From NCBI GenBank assembly GCA_039810425.1, contig JBDHWW010000006.1, positions 1 to 64,000 on the forward strand: 64,000 nucleotides of DNA. Direction: 5' to 3'. The position numbers were made by a program, and so were the translations under genes. Source of the stretch: Pseudobdellovibrionaceae bacterium. GTDB lineage: Bacteria > Bdellovibrionota > Bdellovibrionia > Bdellovibrionales > Bdellovibrionaceae. Shown in pieces: positions 58,400 to 64,000 of the stretch. Within the stretch, counting starts at the first letter, position 1. Every line of letters starts with the position of its first letter. The notes below the pieces were generated by a model that made no database searches, was not told the DNA's origin, and saw only the letters and a list, made by a program, of their open reading frames with translations.

Positions 58400-59417
58400 T
58401 CTCCCAAGGATTGAGTTCACGCACGGCACGGTAGTTCCAAAAGCAAATCGTGCCGCCGGTTTCAAGCATCCAGGCGTTGAGTCTTTCCTCAACGATCTGC
58501 GGAGTTCCGTTGCAGCTGATATGGGCAAAGTCGGCGTAGTTCTGTGCTTCCGCCACTTGCCACGACCACGGCGTCTTATGAAGCGAAGAAAGATCGCGGT
58601 TTAAACCCGATGTCGTTTTTTCAATTCTTGCCACCAGCAGCCGGGCGGAGTTTGGATCATGGATTTGATCCAGCGTCTGTTGAATCATGAGCGGAGTCTC
58701 CATCGGCACGACAAAGGTTTCAGTTGTATCCGGATAGAGCGAGGCAAAGAGGAAATATCTCTTTTGGGCAATCTGGTTGAGCTGTAGAGTTTCGTCCTGC
58801 AGCGGGATTTCCTGAGACAGATCGCTTAAGACTTTTCCAGCCCAACGACCCTTCCCGTGAATCGTGACGGTGCGAGTGCCGTAGGGTAGATTCAGCAACT
58901 GCGTCTGGTTTTTAAACTCCGCCGACAGCGTGAGTAGCTGTGTTCCCAGGGGACCCCAGGCATTTTCATAGGTGACCTCCAGAGTGTTATCCTGTTGCGA
59001 GAGGTTCGTGAAGTTCAGGTTTAAGAGCGTGTCTTCTTTACCGACAACGAGACTCTTCCAAGGCGAGGTTTGCTTTTCAAGAGCCCATTCGAGTGTGCTG
59101 TCTTTGCAACGGGCTGAAAAGTTCAGACCGGAAACCTGCGTCTTCATGGCGAGGGCTGTTTCACGGGCGTGAAAGTAGTCGGACAGGGGCAGGCTCAGCT
59201 TGCCGCGGGCTTTGATTTCGCCATAGGCCTCGTCAAAGGGGGTCTTTCCGAGGTGCTGGAACCAAAACGATTGAACCTCAGAGGTGGTGTTTTCTACCTG
59301 TAGGTAAGTGTTTTCCGCCGCACAGAGTAGAGGAGAATAGTAATTCTCGGCATGGGAAACAGAGCTGAAAAAGGCACCTAAAAGGAGGCAGTGGCCGAAC
59401 CAAAGAAGTGGTTTCAT
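58341..59417 (-). CDS. exported protein with BP74-like C-terminal domain
   Basis: Signal peptide; PWSW...ADF.HISC.G.P..VE...W....ICFW....REL. Confidence 0.6.
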   Translation of the reverse strand: MKPLLWFGHCLLLGAFFSSVSHAENYYSPLLCAAENTYLQVENTTSEVQSFWFQHLGKTPFDEAYGEIKARGKLSLPLSDYFHARETALAMKTQVSGLNFSARCKDSTLEWALEKQTSPWKSLVVGKEDTLLNLNFTNLSQQDNTLEVTYENAWGPLGTQLLTLSAEFKNQTQLLNLPYGTRTVTIHGKGRWAGKVLSDLSQEIPLQDETLQLNQIAQKRYFLFASLYPDTTETFVVPMETPLMIQQTLDQIHDPNSARLLVARIEKTTSGLNRDLSSLHKTPWSWQVAEAQNYADFAHISCNGTPQIVEERLNAWMLETGGTICFWNYRAVRELNPWEITQSPSWLPPAPLSLPRRH

Positions 59418-59593
59418 GCCTTTCAGATCGGTTTTTGGTCGCGAAACTGAAACTTTAGCCGAGTGTCAGAAAAGAACTGGCTTAAGGCCTTGCTCTTGAG
59501 GGAATCCTTGCACCCATTCTCAGTAGGTTTTCAAGTAGCCGTTCCTTCCCAAAATGCCTTATCAAGTCGCAGTCCAGGGGCTAACACAGATAA

Positions 59594-59833
59594 ATGATGA
59601 CTCTTCTCAATTACGCCGAAAAACACCCTCTCGCAGAAAACCTGGAAGTCCTTGGGATTCGGGGAGAGCCCGCCATTTGTGAGCGTCTCCAGGAAATGGG
59701 GCTTCATAAGGGGCTTAAAATTCAACTTCTGGGCCGTGCGCCGCTCAAGGGCCCGCTTCTTATTCAGTTCGGCACAAGTTTCATCGCTCTACGCGCAGAG
59801 GAGGCCGCATGTACTTTGATTCAGGCTCAGTAA
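59594..59833 (+). CDS. feoA: ferrous iron transport protein A
   Basis: RLQEMGL..G......RAPL.GP.......IALR.EEA; upstream of feoB. Confidence 0.9.
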   Translation: MMTLLNYAEKHPLAENLEVLGIRGEPAICERLQEMGLHKGLKIQLLGRAPLKGPLLIQFGTSFIALRAEEAACTLIQAQ

Positions 59834-61731
59834 AGGCGCTATCCGTGGCCCTGGTTGGGGCCCCGAACTCTGGCAAGACGACGCTATACAACTGGCTCAC
59901 GGGTTCGAATTTTAAAACCGTGAACTATCCCGGCGCGACGGTTGAGTACTCTCTGGGGCGCTTGGCTCCGCATTTGCGTGTTGTTGAAGATGAAAAACTT
60001 CTCGTGATGGATACGCCGGGTACTTACAGCCTCCATCCCAAAAGCGCAGATGAAGAAGTGACGCTGAAAGCGATTTACAAAAATCCTGAGCTCGGCCGTG
60101 TTGACTACCTCGTCGTAGTGGTCGATGGAACTCAGTTGTCGCGCCATCTTCAACTGGTTCAGCAAGTGAAAGAGACAGGATTCCCGTTTGTCGTGGCGTT
60201 TACGATGGCGGACCTGATGCGTAGGCAGGGGATTCGACCTTCGCTGGAGCTTCTTGAAAAAGAATTCGGCTGCAAAGTCGTTCCTTTTGAAGGACTTCTG
60301 GGCGGCGGCTTAAAAGATCTTGTGACCGCGTTACGCGCGCTGAAGCCCTCGGCAAAAGTTCAAGATCCCGTGGTTTGGGACTTTGAGCAAAAAGAACAGA
60401 AAATACGTGAGTGTGAAGCGCTCGCGGGCCGCGTTCTGCATGAGAATGATAAAGCCGCGAAGGAAAAAATCCAGGGTCTTGCCAAAAACACACGCCGCTT
60501 GGATCAGGTCTTGTTGCATCCGGTATTGGGTTTGTTTTTGTTTGTAGTCATTATGGGTGCGCTCTTTACCAGTATTTTTTGGGTGGCAGCGCCTTTGATG
60601 GATCTCGTGGACGGCGCCTTTAGCGCACTTGGAAACTTCGTGCACGCGTTTGATGATAAAGCCTTGTGGACCGACTTTCTGGCAAATGGCGTGATTGCAA
60701 GTTTTGGCGCGGTCTTAGTTTTCGTGCCGCAAATTTTCATTCTGTTCTTGGGTATCAGTATTTTAGAAAGCACGGGCTATTTGGCGCGGGCGGCGACGTT
60801 GATTGACCGCCCGTTTTCAATGCTGGGAATGAGCGGACGTTCCTTTGTTCCGATCTTGTCAGGTTTTGCCTGCGCGGTGCCGGCGATGATTGCGACGAGA
60901 AATATTTCCTCGACGCGCGATCGCTGGATCACAAACTTCATCGTGCCTTTGATGACGTGTTCAGCGCGCTTGCCGGTGTATGCACTTTTTTTAGCCTTCC
61001 TGTTCAAGGATCAGCCGGCGTGGAAGGCCGGAGTCGCCATGGCGATTCTCTATTTTGCGGCGGCGCTGGTCGGTGCCTTTGCGGCAGGCATGATCAATAG
61101 GTTCTTGCCGCAGGGACAGAGTGCTTTTTTTATGATGGAATTGCCGTTGTACCGTCGCCCGCGCGTGAGGGTCCTTCTTCGCCAGGCGTTGACTCGGACT
61201 TTGTCTTACGTTAAGCGCGCGGGACCGCCGATCTTTATTTTTGCGGCGATCATGTGGGCGGCAACGACCTTCCCGCACTACAATATGGAAGATGCTCAAC
61301 AAAAACTGGAACAGAGCTATGCTGGACACGTTGGTCACCTGATCGAGCCGATTGTGCATCCTATGGGCGTTGACTGGCGCGTCGGCGTTGGCTTGATTTC
61401 CGCGTTTGCGGCCCGTGAAGTGTTTGTTTCCTCTTTGGCAGTGACCTTTAACATCACCGACGACAATGCGGATTCGGCCCAGCAAAGCTTGCTCACGCAG
61501 ATGCAGACGGCGGTGAATTCGCAAGGGGAAAAAGTCTTTACTATTGCCAGCGTCGTGGGGCTTTTGATTTTCTTCATGATTGCGCTTCAGTGCATGTCGA
61601 CCTTTGCTGTTTCCGCACGTGAGATGGGGTCGTTTAAGTTTGCGCTGACGCAACTTTTGGCATTTAATATTATTGCCTATGCACTGGCCGTCGCCGCCTA
61701 TCAAGGTTTGAAAGCCATGGGACTTGGATAA
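59809..61731 (+). CDS. feoB: ferrous iron transport protein B
   Basis: GAPNSGKT, NYPGATVE, DTPGTYSL, LESTGYLAR, GFACAVP, CSARLP, MELP.Y. Confidence 0.96.
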   Translation: MYFDSGSVKALSVALVGAPNSGKTTLYNWLTGSNFKTVNYPGATVEYSLGRLAPHLRVVEDEKLLVMDTPGTYSLHPKSADEEVTLKAIYKNPELGRVDYLVVVVDGTQLSRHLQLVQQVKETGFPFVVAFTMADLMRRQGIRPSLELLEKEFGCKVVPFEGLLGGGLKDLVTALRALKPSAKVQDPVVWDFEQKEQKIRECEALAGRVLHENDKAAKEKIQGLAKNTRRLDQVLLHPVLGLFLFVVIMGALFTSIFWVAAPLMDLVDGAFSALGNFVHAFDDKALWTDFLANGVIASFGAVLVFVPQIFILFLGISILESTGYLARAATLIDRPFSMLGMSGRSFVPILSGFACAVPAMIATRNISSTRDRWITNFIVPLMTCSARLPVYALFLAFLFKDQPAWKAGVAMAILYFAAALVGAFAAGMINRFLPQGQSAFFMMELPLYRRPRVRVLLRQALTRTLSYVKRAGPPIFIFAAIMWAATTFPHYNMEDAQQKLEQSYAGHVGHLIEPIVHPMGVDWRVGVGLISAFAAREVFVSSLAVTFNITDDNADSAQQSLLTQMQTAVNSQGEKVFTIASVVGLLIFFMIALQCMSTFAVSAREMGSFKFALTQLLAFNIIAYALAVAAYQGLKAMGLG

Positions 61732-61760
61732 ACTCTGAATGGGTATGAAAGCGCTTTTTG

Positions 61761-63602
61761 CTAACGTCCACGTTTGAGGTAGAAGTACTTGCGATACCAA
61801 GCAGAGGTCTTTTTGCGTAACTGGCCAGGGCCATCTTCGGGGAAGATGTTGATACGGAAAATCGCAAACGGATTTTCTTCATGATGAAGGCCACCGGTAT
61901 CCGTGTTGACGGCAAAGTCATAGCCGGCCTCTTCCGCAAGTTCAGCGGCCCGCGGGTTTGTGATGCCATAGGTGAAAGCAAAAGCGCCGACATTGCCAAA
62001 ATCTTGCTCCAATGTCTTTTTCGACCCTTCCAACTCGGCTCTGGCCTCGGTCTCGTTCATCTCGGTGATCTTGCGGTGACGAAAGCCATGGGAGCCGATT
62101 TCATAACTAAAGTCTAATAGCCGCTTTTTTTGCTCCAGGCTCATGAGTGGCTGCATCGGCTCTTTGCCGTCATTGTCCCACGAGTTTGCTTCAAGCGTAT
62201 GATCTGCCAGCAGAAAGATCACGGCCTTCATGCCGAACTCTTTTAAAAGGGGGGCGGCGTTGGTCAGATTGTCAACGTAACCATCGTCAAAGGTTAAAAT
62301 CAGCGGTTTCTTTGGAAACTGTTGAAAGTCCTTTTTGCCAGAGCGGAACTCTTCGAGGTCCTTAAAGTTCAGGGTCGTGAACCCCCGCTCTTTGAAGAAT
62401 TGCAAATGGGTCTTGAATGCGGCCTTGGTTACAAAAATGCGGTGCTGGGTTTGCAGGTCCTCCTCAGGTACTTTGTGATACATGAGGATGGGGATGTGCT
62501 GAGAATAGTTTTTCAGGAAGTAAGCCGATTTGTACGTGTTAAAGATCTTGTGGCAAACACGCTCTTGGTCGTAATTGCGAACCGCCACGTTGCGGACGCC
62601 AAGGCGTTCGGCGGAGGTGAGGGCTTCAGGATTTTTTAAAAACTGAATCACGTCCGCCGTGAGTTTTGTAAAATCAATCGGCATCGTTGCTTTGCCGTCT
62701 GCGCCGATATCGCCAAAATTACTCGCCATTGCGCGATCAAGAGTCTGCAGGTCCACAATTCCCCCGGCATTGTATTCGCCGATGGCATAAGTGGGAATTC
62801 CGCGCATGAGCGAGCTGATCGCAACACGCCCCGCGCCCATGACGAGCTGAAATTTACTGAGTTCCTCATCGAGATTGTCGAGGTGGGTATGCACATGCAG
62901 GCGCTTTGGATATTTCTCTTGAAGCGCGAACACTCGTTGTATCGTCTCGTCCCCTAAAAGCTGCGGATTGCCGCCAATGACCTCAATTTGAAGATCCGGA
63001 AAGGCCTTTAGAATTTCAGGCACGCTGTGCTTGATGAATTCGCGGGCGCGTTCGCCCTTAGGCCCCGTGAAGCGACCCACCCAGGCCAGGCGCGGTTGGG
63101 CCGCAAGTGTTTCGACGAAAGGAAGTTTTTCAGTCTCAACAGGGTTGCGGATCAAACGCATTTTTCTTTCGCTCATTCTGAGCATGGTTGAAAGCTTGGT
63201 CGTGAGGTTCTCGCAGATGCAGATGCTTTTTTCGCCATAGATATCGAGCAGTTTTTTAGATAGAGAAACGGGCTGACGGCCGTGAATTGTCGAAACGACG
63301 GCAATGTTCGTTCCACGAGTCGCCCAGTACGCAAGGCGAGCCGCCGCGCGCGAGTGACAGTGGATGACTTGGATCTGTTTTTCTTTTAAAAATTTACGCA
63401 GTAAAAAAGTACTGTGAAGACGAGTGCGGGTTTTATTGCTGTGAACCGCCATCGGCGTGTAGGGTTGGCGGGTTTTTACGTGAATGCGATCCGAGATGAT
63501 GTGCACGTCGTGGCCATGATCCGTTAGCCAATTGGCTAGGGTGATGGCGTAGGCTTCCGCCCCGGTCGGTTGCATCTGTGAGAGCAAGTGAAGAATGCGC
63601 AT
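61761..63602 (-). CDS. GT4-family glycosyltransferase fused to NodB-type polysaccharide deacetylase
   Basis: N-terminal TGAE, IHCHSR, TIHG, VGR; C-terminal ILMYHKV, LTFDDGY, EIGSHGFRH. Confidence 0.85.
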   Translation of the reverse strand: MRILHLLSQMQPTGAEAYAITLANWLTDHGHDVHIISDRIHVKTRQPYTPMAVHSNKTRTRLHSTFLLRKFLKEKQIQVIHCHSRAAARLAYWATRGTNIAVVSTIHGRQPVSLSKKLLDIYGEKSICICENLTTKLSTMLRMSERKMRLIRNPVETEKLPFVETLAAQPRLAWVGRFTGPKGERAREFIKHSVPEILKAFPDLQIEVIGGNPQLLGDETIQRVFALQEKYPKRLHVHTHLDNLDEELSKFQLVMGAGRVAISSLMRGIPTYAIGEYNAGGIVDLQTLDRAMASNFGDIGADGKATMPIDFTKLTADVIQFLKNPEALTSAERLGVRNVAVRNYDQERVCHKIFNTYKSAYFLKNYSQHIPILMYHKVPEEDLQTQHRIFVTKAAFKTHLQFFKERGFTTLNFKDLEEFRSGKKDFQQFPKKPLILTFDDGYVDNLTNAAPLLKEFGMKAVIFLLADHTLEANSWDNDGKEPMQPLMSLEQKKRLLDFSYEIGSHGFRHRKITEMNETEARAELEGSKKTLEQDFGNVGAFAFTYGITNPRAAELAEEAGYDFAVNTDTGGLHHEENPFAIFRINIFPEDGPGQLRKKTSAWYRKYFYLKRGR

Positions 63603-63703
63603 ATGTCTGGCCGTACCTTAACATAGAATTCGGTAGGAAAGCATCTAGATCCTTTTAAAAACCGGCAAATGATCTATGCTGGAATCTGAAGGAGGACTTG
63701 CCA

Positions 63704-64000
63704 ATGACCAAATCCGGGCTTTTACTAGGGGCGCTATTGATCGGTTTCAATGCCCTTGCCACGCAAAAAGGGTCTGATTTCAAAGAGGTCGGCCTCGAAG
63801 ACGAAGTTGTTTCTGAAAAGAGTGATAAATCCTCTTCGACGGAGGTGGCAAAGCCACCACAGCTTGGCGAAAACGAGGAGTTGGTCTCAGGGACGGTTCG
63901 CGTCGTTCGTAAACTGGAAATGACCGAGGTCTTTTTTAAAGACTTGAAAGACTCTTATTTTATTCCAAGCGGCGGTCAATACAGTTCTATTTTTAAAGCC
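63704..64000 (+). CDS. exported hypothetical protein (partial, runs off the window)
   Basis: AAGGAGG RBS; MTKSGLLLGALLIGFNALA signal; frame open to the window end. Confidence 0.65.
   Translation, partial: MTKSGLLLGALLIGFNALATQKGSDFKEVGLEDEVVSEKSDKSSSTEVAKPPQLGENEELVSGTVRVVRKLEMTEVFFKDLKDSYFIPSGGQYSSIFKA

Overview
The window looks like a Bdellovibrio-like (Bdellovibrionota) chromosome segment; this is inferred from gene content and protein style, not from a marker gene. It has two parts. (1) About 412-16185 is a ~15.8 kb integrative island at the 3' end of an initiator tRNA-Met (16175-16251, minus), bounded by an exact 15-bp direct repeat AAATTGGTTGCGGGG. It carries a CBASS anti-phage operon (XRE regulator, patatin effector, CD-NTase, stand-alone E2-like protein with a C-terminal Cys cluster; no E1 or JAB) and a clan AA aspartic protease with a small acidic neighbour. 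It also has an XRE-led operon of four exported proteins/lipoproteins (two LPP20-like), a serine resolvase with recognisable res-type sites, several orphans, a candidate replication gene ending in iteron-like repeats, a 35-aa SutA-like microprotein missing from the ORF track, a tyrosine integrase, and a glyoxalase-superfamily-N-domain gene with a structured leader. (2) About 16.4-64 kb is core chromosome: trhO, prfC, an ABC pair, ffh-rpsP-khpA-rimM-trmD-SPOUT-rplS-rnhB-yraN, lptD, VKOR-DsbA, HU, argS, pyk, thiolase/scoAB, TolC-MacAB, a head-to-head QueD / PTPS-III-like pair, feoAB and a GT4-deacetylase fusion. Sigma28- and sigma54-like promoters and a recurring GTC-N9-GAC palindrome occur in its intergenic regions. 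No CRISPR array or rRNA was seen. All family assignments come from motif recognition by eye, without database searches.
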